Assembly (NCBI RefSeq): GCF_022539665.2 | Contig: NC_081333.1 | Location: 7,688,001 to 7,752,000, forward strand | Reading direction: 5' to 3' | DNA: 64,000 bases | DNA from: Daphnia carinata | Lineage: Eukaryota | In this document: piece by piece, positions 22,976 through 38,179 of the stretch | How positions within the stretch are numbered: position 1 is the first letter of the stretch | Layout of the letters: each line of letters starts with the position of its first letter | The notes under the pieces: model-generated | What the model was told of the DNA's origin: nothing | Database searches by the model: none | What the model saw: the letters and a program-made list of their open reading frames with translations, nothing else | Program-made: the position numbers and the translations under genes

Positions 22976-25900
22976 TCGTTTTCTTTTTCTTCTCTTGTGT
23001 TGGAACATTTCTCATTTTATTCCTCCTCTTTGGCGTCTGGCAACAGCAGGTTTTCCCCTCCATTAGTTATTTGCAGCAGCGAGCCAAAAAGAACATGCAT
23101 GTTCCTCTAGTATATTCTTTTTCCTGTCTCGTTGTTTTCGCCAAAAACAACCAAACAAAGATGGCCGATCGGGCTGGGAGAAATGCAATTTAGTGGACGT
23201 TTGCTATTTAGCACACTTTTCTCTCGAAAGGGGAGGGGGTTGATTTTATGACCTCTGTTGGAGAAAGGGAGAGATATCCCGAGACAGGTAATTATTATTC
23301 CATCCTTTCCTCTTTCTTTTTTTTTTCCCTCATTCAATTCTCTTTTCCTATGAAATCATTTTGGAATGTCGTGATTGCGCATCATCTCTTTACATTTTTT
23401 TTTTGTTCCAATTCGAAATAATAAAAACTGGCAAAAGTTTAAAAGATACAAAAAAAAAGGTGAGTGCTTTGAAATTACACGGCCTGTTTCCATTATTCGA
23501 TTTTTTCTTTTACGTGCAAAGACGAAATTATAGAGTTGTGTAAAAAAAAAAAAAGAAAATGAAAATGAAAATGGAAGAAAAATGGTGGGAGGAATCGAGT
23601 TGAACGGTGCACACAGAAATCTCATTAGCAGATTGATTCGTTTTGGGAGCTCTAGCGATAAAAATCCGAACGGTATTTCCCACACTTTTTTCACGTGAGC
23701 GGCTCGTCACAAATCGTTCACATCTCGACTGAAATTATCTGAACTTTCATCGCAGATACAACAGATCTGCGTAGATGATGAGACTCTTTGAGTGAATGGA
23801 ATTTTTCTTTTATTCATTTTCATTTTTTTTTACCAATTTTCGATCGTGACATTGTAGAAACATGAGAGCTTCGGGAGAATGACAATGCCAAACTGGCCAA
23901 AAAAAAAAAAAACTTAAACATTTTTCTACTCGTAACCGAAAAAGGGTAGGTTGACGAAGATTGTGTGGAATTTTTCATGTTTCCCTTTTTTTTTTTTCCT
24001 TCTCTTTTTAAAAAAGATGGTGTCCAGCTGCAGACGCAATCTGTCGCCGATTGATCGGGACAAATGGGGGACTGCATCTAAAAAGATTGACCGTTAAAAG
24101 TCCCATAAACTTTTAAGGCAAAAGAACGAAAAAAAAAAAAAACGTTCGTGTTAAAAAAAAAAAACAGAATCCAGACTGAAGCGAAAAAAGAATTTATTAT
24201 TTTAAAAAATACGCAATATACACTTGGTGTGTGTTGTGTGTCTCATGTTATTTAGAAGGTCGCGGCTAGGAAGAGAAGGGATTGTATTACAACGTTGTAT
24301 CTTCTCGAATGACAGTCCGATAGCCAGCGCTGCCTCTGTGTACATAATAAAAGAAGGACGAAAAATCTAAAAAAAAAAAAAAAAAAATAGTTTAAAATAT
24401 TTTTAGATGAGGAGAGGCCGGGGACGACATACAACGACGGCGGGAGAAAGGTGGACGACGCCCAAGTTTTATATGTATCGACCTGATAGCAGTACTATTA
24501 CATCTGCGCTATTATATACATTGTAGTGGAACCAACAACAAGTGGTTTAACTTCTATTTCTCGGTCGTGAGCAAGAGGGGGAAACTCAACCGGATAATTC
24601 CGCACACACAGACATACACACACATGTTATAACGTGAATTTTCATGTGAACGAAACAAGCCATTCATCGGAGACCAGCTGTGGTTTCGTGTTATGTGTGG
24701 AGACTCGCACAAATAATGATAAAAAGAAATAAGGGCGCAGAGAAATTGAATGATCAATGCAGCATCCAAAATAAGCGCTCGACTTGTTTTGAAAAGGGGT
24801 TCTTTTCCGTTGAATTTCTTGCCACATTGACGTCAGAGTCGTGTACCACTTGATGTTATACTGTTCACTTGTGTGATACAAAAAGAAGAAAAGAGGCAAG
24901 TACCCGTCATTTCATCGGCGACGAGGAAAGTGTGTTTGTAAGGAGAAAAAAACTCGTTTTTTCCTTGAATAAATCTTTGAATTAAAATGATGGGATTACA
25001 CGAAACTTTGTCTCGAGTTAATCCGGGAAAAAAGGGAACGGGAAACATTTCAAAAATATTTTTTTTTTCTACCTTCTTGACAACGGTTTTTAACAGAGAG
25101 ATTAAAAGAAGGTGAATCTGCTTTATAACAGCCCACAGGTGAAAGAGTTCATAAAAAGCCCCAAAAATTAATATTTTAAAAATAAAAAAAGAAAACAGAG
25201 AGAAACGGGCAGAAAGTAGTGAAACGATTAATAACCGAATCGAATGATCAATGCTCAACTTGCTCTTCCAAAAAAATATTGAAACGGCTTGCACCGCTGC
25301 TACGCTTGAAGTCTTTTTAATGCGATGAGGGTTAAGTTCTTTTTCACGAAAAAAAAAAAAAGAAAATGGCCAAAAAAATTATCAGTTTCCCATCTGCTGA
25401 CTGGTGTTTTTTTTTTGTAGGTTACCGAAATGTGAAAATGCCTTTTAAAGAAACAACACCTTTGACACATTCGTATAGCAAGCGCCCCGATGAAATGATA
25501 TCACCATATTCCATCATCTTTATTTCCCCCCTGCGATGCGGCAACAGATGGCCGGCCTGCTCTTCCAAAATCTCTTATAACTTTGTCGCCCCTTTTTATT
25601 TTTTTTTTTCTTCTTCTTCTCTTTAGCATATTCTTATTCTTTTTTTTTTTCCCTGACCAAGAGTTTTAACGCGAAGATGAAAAAATTCCAATGCAAAAAT
25701 GTCCAGTTGGACCCCCCGCTCTGATCAATGCAAATATTATTATGTTTTGTTTTGTTTTTGTTTTGTTTTTCTAGTTCAAAACGAGTAGAGAGAGAGAGAG
25801 AGAATGGTCTTGAACACGAATCACCTGTCGGGACTGTGGGTGGAGGAAGACGAAGAAGAAGAAGAAAAAAAAAACAGGTGTAAGACTTCATGATCATTTA

Positions 25901-27720
25901 TTCCATATGTATCCAGCGGTGCGAAGCGAAACCGAGTGCCGTGTCCCGGTGACTCGCGTGACGTCACAACTTATTTACATGATCCCAAAGCGTCTGTTGA
26001 TGTGCCGTTTGTTATTCACATCCTTTCCCGACTTTTCCTTATTTTCTTTCTTCTTCTTCTTTTTTTTTTTTCATTAAAAGAATTTTAGGAGTTGCTTAAT
26101 ATTTGCTCGTGCACCGTGAATCAATATGGGCATGGAACACACACACACAGGGCCGCAATACATACACGACGATGATTCTACTGCTGACGACTTGCAATAG
26201 ACACAACTCTCTGCCGAAGCTCGTCTTTCCAAAGTGTGTTCGGCTCGTTAGAAATCAATTTTTATCAGCTACATCGCCATGAAAATGTCAGCGTTTTTTT
26301 ATTTTATGAACATCACAAATATTTCTTTCCTTCTCATTCGCATAAGTGCGGCCTCGCACACGAAATATTATTGACCTCTCGGTTAATCGAAATAATTCAG
26401 ACGACAAACACAATTTTTTTTTTGAATTTTTAGCTACGGGGGGGCATAGTTGGATGAATGGCATAAACGTACTCAACGGTCATCTTCATTAACTTTAACG
26501 GCGGGTTAATAAATTTTCCAATCGAATTTGTGTAAGTGTTTAAAGCTTTTTCCTCCCCCCGGTTTATTTTCAAGGTGTTTTTCTCTAATTGGAACGAAGA
26601 GGTGGGATGAGTTGATGACTTTTCTCTTTTAATTGCATCAGGAAAAGGACTCAGCGCGTGGGTTTCGATTACACGGGGGGTTTCAAACGGATATCTAAAT
26701 TTATGGCAACCGTCGAATTTGATCGACCCGCGTGCCCGTCAGGGAATCAACAAGCGAACACACACACACACAAAGGATTTTTTTTGTTTTTATTTGATGC
26801 TCATTTTTGTTTTTTCTTGTTCGCCATTTGAATTCCAAAAATATTTATTACTAGCGTCGGGTCAGGTCGTCTTTTTTTTCACAGCCGCCGTCGATATGTA
26901 GTTTGAGAGGTAACGCATCCAAATTAATTGGCCGTATTTCTTTGCACCTTTTTTTTTTATTACTATTGTAGCTTTCCATAATGGCATATTGTAATTAAAT
27001 GTAATGTAATCAGCGCGAGCGCGCTATTCAAAAAAAAAAAATATTTGGAAAGTTCTTTCTTTTTCTCAGCGTTTCCAAGCAAAGGTGAAATCATAGGATA
27101 TTTGATAGATTTTATTTTTAAAATTTTGTGAAAAAAAAAAAATGAAAAAAGGATATATGTATCACATAAATATACATGCGTTTAAGAAAAAGGAAATCTA
27201 GGTTAGAAGCGCGGGTTTCAAAAAAATGAACGGGCCTGGCGTACGAGCGCGCGGTTGTAGCGAGAGAGAAACAAGATTCCAAGAATTCTAATAACCACTC
27301 AAGAAAAAGAAAAACTTGTGTTCTATAAGTTCGTCATTGGTTAATATAAAAAGAAAAAGAGAAATAATTTGAACGCAACAATGGAAACAAATAGATAGTG
27401 ACGTCACATGAATTTTCAAGTCGCTCGAGTCGTGTCTCGTGTTTTGTGTGTGATAGCCAAAACACAAGATGCCGAGTGTTGATAAGCGCATTACGTACGC
27501 ATTATACGACGATGCATTCAACGTCAAACAAGTTGGATGCCAAAAGAATGAAAGGACAGTCGAGCAAAAAAGAGAAAAAAAAAACCGGATGAAAATGAAT
27601 AAATGATTCGAAAATGACGGATAGAGATGTGCGCTTTTTTCCATCGTTTTGTGGGATCTCTCTGATGTTCATTTCTTTTCAAAACGCCAAACACAAACAT
27701 TACCTGACGGACGTGAGCAA

Positions 27721-27732
27721 CGCCACCTAGCG
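27721..27732. promoter_or_regulatory. CTCF-like motif CGCCACCTAGCG
   Basis: Matches the core of the CTCF consensus (YGCCMYCTRS); single motif match only. Confidence 0.3.
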
Positions 27733-30700
27733 AACACTACATCTCTGATATCCCTATTTCTCACCGGAAGTAAAAACCCAATAAAAATCTACCGGGACTA
27801 ATTTTTAAGCCTTTCCACGAATTCAGACCCCCATTCGCAAAACAGAAAAAATGTTGCAAAACCGAAGCGTGTAAATTATAAACATACCAATATGTATTTA
27901 AAATAAAAAACGCATCATTTTAAAATTCGGTTAAAGAGCGTACATCTTTTGCCGCCCTATAAAAAAAAAAGGAGAGCTAGAAGCTACTCCCGAGACAAAA
28001 ATGATTAGCATATTCATCACGGGTTTCACCGTGCGTTCAAGAGCTCATCTTTCTTGTATAACATCTGCCGTCATCTTTTTCTTTTTCCATCTCCTCTTGC
28101 GCTAGAAAATGTTTTCTACCTTAAAAAAAAACCACCTGACATACAGCACAAGATTATCTGATTGCAGTTCCCAAGCCTCAAAAAACTTGGCTGCCGACTA
28201 CGTACAGGTGGCTCTCTCGGTTTTGGCGTTATATTTTTCAATATGCTACACAGAACTTTACCCTTTTTTTTAAGGGAAATACGCGCGTAAAGACACTCGT
28301 TTTCAAGCCCAACGTAGTAATTCCTTCTTTGTTGTTTTGGTTATAAAAAAAAAAACAACTACAGAAAAAAGAATACGGCCCCCGTAATGTCGAGAAATTG
28401 TATGTCGTTTTGATGAGTTACACGAGTTCCAAACTCGTTAGCCCTTTTTTTTTTTTTTTATTTCGGTTTTTTTTTTTTTTGGTTTTTTAGGTCTTTTTTG
28501 TTTGTTTTGAGGCTTTTTGTCGACAGTTTTGCTTCACTTTTAATGGCCGCCAGGTAGTTTGGAGACTGTCTTAACGAGCAAAGGCTTGTGGACTGGTTTG
28601 CTTTGCCTCTATCTTTTTCGTTTCTTGTGTTTTCGAAAGAAAACAAAAAGACGCTTAAAACAACATCATCCTCTCCTTTTTTTTTTTTTGATTGATATAC
28701 GCTTGCTAGATTGTTGTACAGAAATGGATTTATTGATGTGGTGGCGGCTCTGTCTTTAAAACTTATCCCGTGCCCCGATCAAACAAAAATCCGACGCCCC
28801 TTCCTCGCTCCCGAAGCGCACCTGACGGCGGCCAAAAAAACAAACAAAACATGCGCGTAGGCGTGACTTGAGCAGCTTCTTCTTCAACCTTTTGTTTGTT
28901 TGCCAACTCTTTTTTTTTGTTCTTTTTTAGAGGGGATACGTGTAAGGCTGTCAAATGGGGGTCCCGACCGATGAAGATGTCAAGCATTTTAAGACGTTTA
29001 AAAGAATGCCAAGAAAAAAAAAAAAAAAAAACTCTGTTCATTGAAAAACTGTGCGGAGGAACAACAAATCTCTTCGAAGAACAATCTGGAATTCAATGGG
29101 GGTCACATACTCTCATTTCTTTGGAATAATTTGGCCATTAATCAAGCAGGCAGAGATGCAAGAGGTTACACGGCGTTATAGAAAGCGGGCAGCAGATGCG
29201 TGATAAATCGGCTCTCTTTCAAACGCTCTTGCAAATAACTGTACGTGAAATTTTTTTTTTCAAACGAGGTCGCCATACCGCTAAATTGCCCGCTAAGGTT
29301 CAGCAACAACACGAGGAGAAATGTCGAATCAATAAGTTTAGCATTGCGCGCATACGAGCAAAAAGAAAAAAAAAAGAGAGGAGAAATGTGATTATTTTTA
29401 ATAATAATAAAAAGGAAAAAAAAAAGAGGAGCCCACAAGAGAGTAGCCAGGGCTAATCGGATCGGGACCGGTGTGGCGTGATCTCAAACGAAACACGTAA
29501 CGGTTCCATCTCTTTTCCAATGATGATGATGATCATCATCATTATCATACGTACGTACGATGCGAGTGTGCGTATAATTACACGATTTGAGAGAACTCGA
29601 GGGATGTTATAAGAGTCGAGAGTAAAGTCGAAAGATAGAGAGAGCTATGGGTCACGTGATGCGCAGAGGAGCTTCTCCTTTTTGTTATAACTGGCCACTT
29701 CGGTCGGTGCTCTCCTTTTCCTTTTCTTTTTTTTTTTTCTTTTTTTAAAAGTTATTATAGAGTTCGCGCGCCGCCCGCCGTCTTTGCGTGTAAAGTCCAT
29801 CCCGCGCGTTTTTTGAAAAAAATTATTTTTAATTTTTCTTTTCTTTTAAAATATGAAAAACAGGTGAAAGGTTTTGCTCCGACTTGTTTTTCCCGCATGT
29901 TTTAAAGTTTTTTTTTTTTGTTTTCCTATTGAGCTTCACGCTCCATTTTTTTTTTTTTTTGCTCTCCTCCTCTTCAATTTCATCTCGTTGATGTTGAGTT
30001 GTTTCTTCTTTTTTTTCAACGGGAAATTAGCTACGCGGGCAGCTATGCAACTCTGGCTACGTGATGCTGATTTATATCATTTTCTCATTCGTGCGGGAGG
30101 CTGAAGCTACTACTGCTGCGGTTTGCCGCACTAACCACGCGGACAAAGTGTAATCAAAACGCGCATCTTTCTTTTTCGGACTGCTACACTTTTGTTTCAT
30201 CCGTCGTCTGCATTCTTTCCATCGCCGAGATGATTAACTTTACTTCTGAGAATGATTAGTTACATAATGACGGTAGCTCCTGAATGTTACACGAAGGCAA
30301 ATGAAACATGAGAACGAATTCAGAACAAAGGGGAAAAGTTTAAAATTAAAATTCACGTCCTTTCTTTTTTTTTTTTTTTTTATTTTGAATGGGGGGGAAA
30401 GCTGACGAAGAGTTGAACGCTAAGAGCCGATAGTTGCAGGTGGTAGCACACCATGTCATCTTGTTCGAACACGTAATTGATGTGAAATATATTTATAGAA
30501 GAGTGGCGCTCGGTTAGTGACCAGCAATCGAGACAAGTACGAAGACAAGAAAAAAATTCTGTTACCATAGTACTGTTATTAAAATTTTAAAATTCCTGGG
30601 CCCGATTAAGGAGACTTTTCTCATCTTTTGAAGAGAGGCAAAAAAACTGAAACAAAAGATACACGCCCTTAAGCGATTTTTTTAGAAGTCAAATGTTTTT

Positions 30701-33700
30701 TGTAACAAGGTACAATAGCAAAATAAAAAAAAAAAAAAAAAAAAACGAAAACTGCTTTAGATTTTTGTTTAGATTTTCGCGCCTCTTTGCGTGCAAAGCG
30801 ACCGTTGTATCGAGTCAGGAGCATTGGCCAACAAACCGATAAGGATCGATTAACTAACCAAACAGCCATCCATCATCCCGACCGATTCCCCCTTCTATTT
30901 TTTTTTTTTCTTTTATTACATATATGGCGCTGTGTTCATTAAACTCCCCTTCCAAAATAGAATTCAAGTTTGAAAGCGAAAGAGAGAGCCAAAAATATGA
31001 AAATTATTAATAGCGATGCTATCCACACAATCCTTTTTCTTTTTGTTTAGTTATTGATTTATACAATGCAAATAGAAAAAAAATTCAAACATAAAAAAAA
31101 AAAAAAAAAACGTCAGCGGTCAAGATGATTTTTTCCCCTTGTTATTCCAGTTTCATATCAGTTAGGTCATTTAAATATCAAAATTATTATTTTTTTTTTT
31201 TTTCAAATTTCTCAGTTGTCTGTCCGCAATTGGATCATCTGGTGGTCTATTCGCATCGCTTTTGAAATCACATGTTTACCTCCAGTGCTACAATGGAAAA
31301 AGAACCGCACACAATTCACACACGCACAGGGATTGGGTTATGATTATTATCACATTGGTCTCTCGATTCGTTCTCAATTCGAAAATTGGTCGAGGTTGTC
31401 CCCGACCAATTGCTTTTCTTTCCCCGCCGTCCGCGTTTTTTTTTTTTTCTGTGTGAAACTTTTACTCGCGTCAGAGAATACCAAACACACACCCCTCACA
31501 GGCGGGGCACAACGTTTGCGGTATTTACCTATGCGGTCAACCTCGATCGGGGAGAAAATCCGGGTGCGTTCAACCTCTCCACGGAGATCGCCATATTTCC
31601 AATCAAAAAGCCAGTTCAAAACAATCGGGGTCACTGGGTGTATCTACTTCTTATTTTTGTCAACTGGGAAAAATGTTCTGAAATGGGAGGGACCATTGGC
31701 TGATCGTTGATACGAAACGGTTCATTTCCAAACACCAAATGAAGATAGTATAGTCAAATTTACGACCTCACATAACGTTTCTCTGTGTGTAGAGAACATA
31801 TATCAAATACTCATCGAGTCAAAAAAACAAAAAAAAACAGTCCAGTACCTTCAATGAATTTTTTTTTGTTTTACATTTTTTTCAGGAGAGGGGAATAAGG
31901 ACGGAATTGCGGAAGTGGGTTATCAACACGGTTTCAATGACCATTAATCATGTCGGCTGGCAGAAATCCACCCCCCCCCCCAAAAAAAAAGGAACGAGGG
32001 AACAGTTTAAAACACATAGACGAAAATGAACAAAAAAGAAATTGTTCGAATCTCTTTTTTTTTTTTTAATGTTCACATTCACCGAATGAAATACGACGCC
32101 AAACGATACGCGAGAATACTAAGTTTGTTCCCATCACCGAAGTGTAATCTATAGCATCATGAGCAACACCGATGATGGGTCTCTAAGAATACGAGAACCG
32201 TTACCGCAGTGTAACGAAATTAGCCGGCCATTTGTGTATGCACATCAGATCGTGCAAGTAACTTAAACAAAACAGACTCAATATTTGTTAAGCACATCTC
32301 TCTCTCCCCCACAATAACATAGTGGGAAATTCTCTATCATACACATATTTAAAAAAAAAAAAAAAAAAAAAAAGAAAAACGAAATAAATGTGTATACTAT
32401 CTTATGATTTATTCATTCTAACGTGTGTATAGCCATTTCGGAATCCAGCAGCGGTGGCGGCGCGGCATCGGCGCCCATCTCCCGTTGTATCGCCTTTTAC
32501 ACAGGCTGGAGAAATTTCTTTTCTTTTTTTTTTTCTTTCGACCAATTTATCAACGGGAGATTAATTGCCGACGCCAGCCGGCGCGCGCGCGCTTCTCTTT
32601 TTGTTGTTCCCCTCATTCGTCTAGAACAAAAGAAGGACCAAACACGTTGAAACAAAAAAATTTTTCCTGAAACGAAACCACCAAACCAAATGATTGTGTG
32701 CGTTTTTTTTTTTCTTGTTAATAATAGCGGACGACACAGGTGACTCGGCGTGGAAAGAACAAGAAAAAAAAAAGTCAGGGTAGCGGTGATACTAGTGCGC
32801 TACTTTTCACGTCAAAACAACACAACACTCGTCGAGAAATGAAAGAAAAATACATGAAATATAAACGAGCTCTAATTGGGGTCTCTCTCAGTTATTTTAG
32901 TCATATTGAAAAGTAGCGTGACTCGTGAACGTGTACGCACACCTCTTCGTCCCTAACGCGTAAAGCGATGGGGATGGAAAAATGAGACCAGTTTTGAGAG
33001 AAACGGACAGCAAGACACATCAACATGCGTTGACCGAGTGTGTGGAAATACACCTGGAACAAAAAAAAAACGGTGCGAAACTGACCAAAACAATCCTTCA
33101 ACTTGTTGCGTTTCTCATGTTTACATTTTTAAAAAGAATTTTTTTTTTTGTTAATTCGTGGGCAGCAAAAAAAAAAAGGGACTTGGAAGTTGTCAATCAC
33201 ACGTGTTGTTGGAGGGGGGTCGCTGAGGTGGGAGTGATGTCAGCAGGTGCGCCTGCACTTTGTATGACAGACGAGAGAAAACTTAGATAGGCATTGGATT
33301 TTTAACTCGGATGATCAACCCCCCAGAAATGCCATTGCGCTTTCACTGCAAATATTATCTTTTTTTTAAAAGAATTCATTATGCATTATTCATTTAAAAA
33401 TAGAAGAAAAAAAAAAGGCGTGCGCAGCAGCTAGCCATAAGCACTTGCATTTTTTATTTTTATTGCCAATGAAATAAAAATTGGAAAGAAAACAAAATTG
33501 TTGACTTGTTCATCGTGTTTGAGTTAGATGACAATCACAACGATTTTCAGATATCCCTTATGTCGTGTTAGGGAAGACGCTGGTTGGGGGTGGCAAGAAA
33601 ATAGAGACATTCGAAAGAGAAAGAAAAATACTTTGGACGTCGTACGGCCAGAGTTAGCTCGACATTTATATGTAGATTGAAATCTTTGGGTTGTTGTTGT

Positions 33701-34677
33701 TCGATAAAAAAAAAAAAAGAAAAAATTTGATGAGCCTCTTTGTGGTTCTTTGAGCTTTGGCTCCATTCATGGCAGGTACAATATCAGGACCATAACTTCC
33801 TCCCTCTCAAACATCATTGTGTTGTCAAAAGGACGATCCCCTGGACAGCTCGCAAACATGCAACCGGCCCTAGCTGCCGTATAATCCCTTTCTTCTATTG
33901 TCGGGAGATAAGTCTCTTAAATTTCTCCATTCGTGGCGTCTATCTTTATCATTTTTTATCCTTTTACCTTTTTCGTACAAAACGCGGAAGAGCAGCCAAA
34001 TAAAACCGAGCAATAGCAAACGCGTACGCACACACACACACACACACACACCAGCAGGTGTGTAGTAGTATTGGGGTATCTGCGTGTATAATCGCGCATA
34101 AGCAAGTCGTCCATAATGCCGGGAAAAACGGGCGTTTGAACGGTCGAATTGGCCCGTTCCAAAATCAAAAAAAAAAATTGAACTATTGGGAACACGTCGA
34201 ATTATTCATCAGCCATCCTTACGTGGCCCAACCTTGCGCCAATCGTAATTCTTTTTCGCCGTGTGAAGGTAAAAATGAACAAACGGAAAAAAAAAAATGC
34301 AGATTATCCATAAGTCATCCGACATGTTTTGTTTTTCACGATTAAAAAATGCTCTCGCGCGAGCTGCTCGCACCCGACTCGACGGGGGTTTCCGTGCCAA
34401 CCAACGCCATCTATCACTCCCGTGTTGGTCGTCGGGGTCGATGGGGAAGGAAATGAGCAATCAGTTATGCGCAGCGAAGAATAAAAAAAAAATATATATA
34501 AAAAGAAATAAAATCGACAGTACGATTTGTTTTGTTCCACAACCCACCACCAATGCAGCCGGCGTCCTGGGCTACCTGTCAGGATTTATAATACGTGTTT
34601 GTAAAATATCGATTCCATCAGACGCACAACGATGAAGTCACACACACACAGCTTGTTTTTCTTCTCCTTTATTATCT

Positions 34678-34720
<43 letters not shown>

Positions 34721-37135
34721 GCCCATGCGTTTAGACCAACAAAGAATATCTGTTGCATAAACGTCTGCGGAACATTCTGGCAAATGGCAAAGCAATGGGT
34801 TTTCGACTCGTCTTCCTATTTTGTCCAGTTTTTGATGGATGGCGTCTTGCCTGTTACACACACGCTCTTTTTCATCAATTGAAACAAACAACCCCTCACG
34901 CCTCGACTACCTATTGAAAAATAATCGACTCTTTTATATGTTGATTCAACGGGAGTTCTTTTTTTTTTGTTTTGTTTTTTTCAGAAAAAGTAAATAAACT
35001 CACGCTGCGCCGACAAACTGCCGATCGTCGTAGTCAGATTTCGTCTGTTTCTTATTCGCCCCCCTATTGAGATTTTTCGGCTAACTACTAGACGTACGAT
35101 GTTCGATATCAATCGATTCAATTTTTTTATACTTCATTTTTTTTATTTTCAAATTAAAAACGATCAAATTTAAATCTCCCTATTTTAGGCTCTCATAAAA
35201 ACAAACTCAGATGTTGGAATCGTTTAACCCACTCGAAAAAAAAAAAAAGACTACAAAAAAATCGATCGGAATGTAGCGACCGGCTACGAAATTCACGTAC
35301 GCGCACAAGGAGACGAGCTTGTTGAAGAGAAAAAAAAAAACAAAATAAAAACAAGTCCCCATTTATTTGGAAGCGCATACTTTCTAAGGGCGTTCGTGTG
35401 CTGCCCACAAGTCCCCAATCTTCATCTACCTGCTATTTTCCTATACACTCAATTATTGCCCCCCTTTCCCCATTCTTCCTCGCACATCTTATTATTTATT
35501 CGTCAGGAAAGGAGGGGAATTCTATTTCTGTGGTCTCGACAAAGAAAAAGGAAAAAGTTCTTTTCATTCGTGGGCTCGATCCGATTTTTCTTGTTTTATT
35601 TTTTTACCTCCTTTAACGTGCACATAACAAACACGAGCGCGACGTCTTTTGGCTCTTTTGAATGTTATCATTTCCCACCCGTTTGGGGAGGAGGGGAAGC
35701 ACGGACAGAGGAGGAGAAGAATTTTATTTTTTACGACATCCCAACCACACCGGGAACTCGCGTCTGACTTCTTTTCGTCCCGATTTTTATTTCTGAACTT
35801 TTTTTTTTTTTTCTTCTTTTTTACGATCCGCATTTCCAGCAGCGTGAATGCTAATAAAAAATCGTTCCGTCTCCCCGGCAAGAAAAAGGCCATCGTCTCT
35901 CTGGCAAGAGTCTGTTCGATTCTTTGGCTGGCGTTTGAATGCGCTCTTTTGGCCGCCCTCCCCCGCTGATATATGCGCGCGTCTCGTGCACTCCCCGCTA
36001 ATTAAGGAGATGGGGGGCACAGCTTCATCGATCCCCGTGATGATAAGCGATCGCCTCTCTCCTAATAAAGCATAACAATTCAATAACTGACAAAACTTGA
36101 AATCAATCAACTCTTATGTTGCAATGGAAAAGTTGGCCCGTGAATTTGTCCCGATATACATTCTATAAAACAATTGATTTGAATTCACATCGAAAATGAA
36201 AAGCGGCGCATCGCTGATGACTCTATTCTGGTGCGGTAAATGACTTCAAATTTTATGACCTTTTATGGAGCGCGCATGTGTAATGGAATAACAGATTCGC
36301 TTGATTTATTGTTAGCCCGCATGATGAACGCACATTGCGTAAGCATTTCAACCATAAAACATACGCAGTCGTATAAAATTAAAACATTGGCAAAAGGCGT
36401 TGATTGCCTAGCGCATCTTAATGGAGGTGTTGACCTCTCTCCCCCTTTTCTTTTCTTTTTTCTTGGACGATGATTTGTAAGCTAAACATATCCTGCCTCA
36501 TTGTCGTGATGTATGGTGGCGAACGTTGGCCGTTTTTCAAAAGCAAAAAAGCAAAAAGAATCGAGTGCAAGACGGGCCACTAAAATGATGGCCTGTTGCA
36601 ATCGACCACTTCCAAATTTGTAATGTCCAACAAACTTTTTAAACAAACGGAGCTGATAAAATACACACACGAGAGACAGATCCATTCGAATAATGTTACG
36701 TAAGCGAAGAAAGGAAAATAAAAATGGCCAACGGGGGCCGATCGGAAAAGAGTTAATTTTTGTGTTTTGCTGCTTGTTTGGAGTTTCGCTGTGAAACGGA
36801 GCTATTCGTATGCTAATGGCGTGAGGCCGGAGTTTTTTTTTGTTTTGTTTTGTTTTTTTACAACAGCTCCCGAGAAACGGCGTGAGCCACACGGCACGCA
36901 AACAGCCGCCGCTGTACGTCACACATTTTTGTTTTTTTTTGTTTTTTAGATCCGTAGTTGCAACTGCGGCAGCGCCATAGAATCGACTTCATCACCATCA
37001 TTCACAACGGAAATGCCAGCATACAAACACATGAACAAAAAAAAAAAAAAATATATAAAGGCCAGTAGGAGTACCGACTAAAAACAGCTGGACACTTTTT
37101 TCGATTACAACACTCGCACACGAAAATAAATAAAC

Positions 37136-37167
<32 letters not shown>

Positions 37168-38095
37168 TACATATAGTATAATAATAAAATTCAAGACAAA
37201 TTGCAGCGCGGTCCGCTGAGAGAACGGGCCCAAACGGAATACAATTTAGAAACGAATTCAAATAAATTATCGGCCAGCCAGGCAGCGAAGATCTTCATCG
37301 CCAAACGTAAAAAAAGAAAAAAGCAATGGACTTTTCATCATCCCATCGCCTAAATTCATATTTATTTTATATTCCTTACTATTACAACAATAGCGTCGGT
37401 TAAGCCAAAAAAACAAAAATCGGAATGTCTCGCAGCTCTTTTTTTTTTTGTTTTTCCTTTGCCCCATCTAAATGCATATCATTCTGAGCTTTGAAAAAAA
37501 AAAAAACACAGCTGGCCTCGGACATGTGTCCAGACAATTATACAACAGCCACGGCAATAACTAGGCTTACTTTATACACACACACACACACACACAATGT
37601 GTGTAAAAAAATCGTATCTATTCAGTTTGGGATGAGCAACGAGACAAACAGTTATGGCCCTACGACACGAAGTTGGGCCAAAAAACGACAAGACGATTTT
37701 CAATGTTGATGAAACATTTCACGCGATCACGGCGCGCAATGGCTGGAATGTTAGGAACCATCCCCGGCACACCAGAAAAAAGAAGTGAACCATTATGCAT
37801 TTAACGCCGGTTTGATGATGAGGCACGCGTGCGTGCGCTGGGAGGTTACCGCTAAGGACGGGAACATTTTCTCGCAATTCTTTTATTTAAAACAAAAAAA
37901 AAATCGTTTGTTTTTTTTTCTTCTTCGGTGATCGGACAAACAACTAAACAACAACAGGTGGTTGATTTATTTCATCCGACTGTAGTTCTTCATCATTCTC
38001 TCTCCTTTGGCACGGACAGGTTATTGTTCTTCTGAAAACAAAACGACGGACCAGGCGACCGAACGAAAAGATGACGCCAAAACAACAACAGCAGC

Positions 38096-38142
<47 letters not shown>

Positions 38143-38144
38143 AT

Positions 38145-38179
<35 letters not shown>

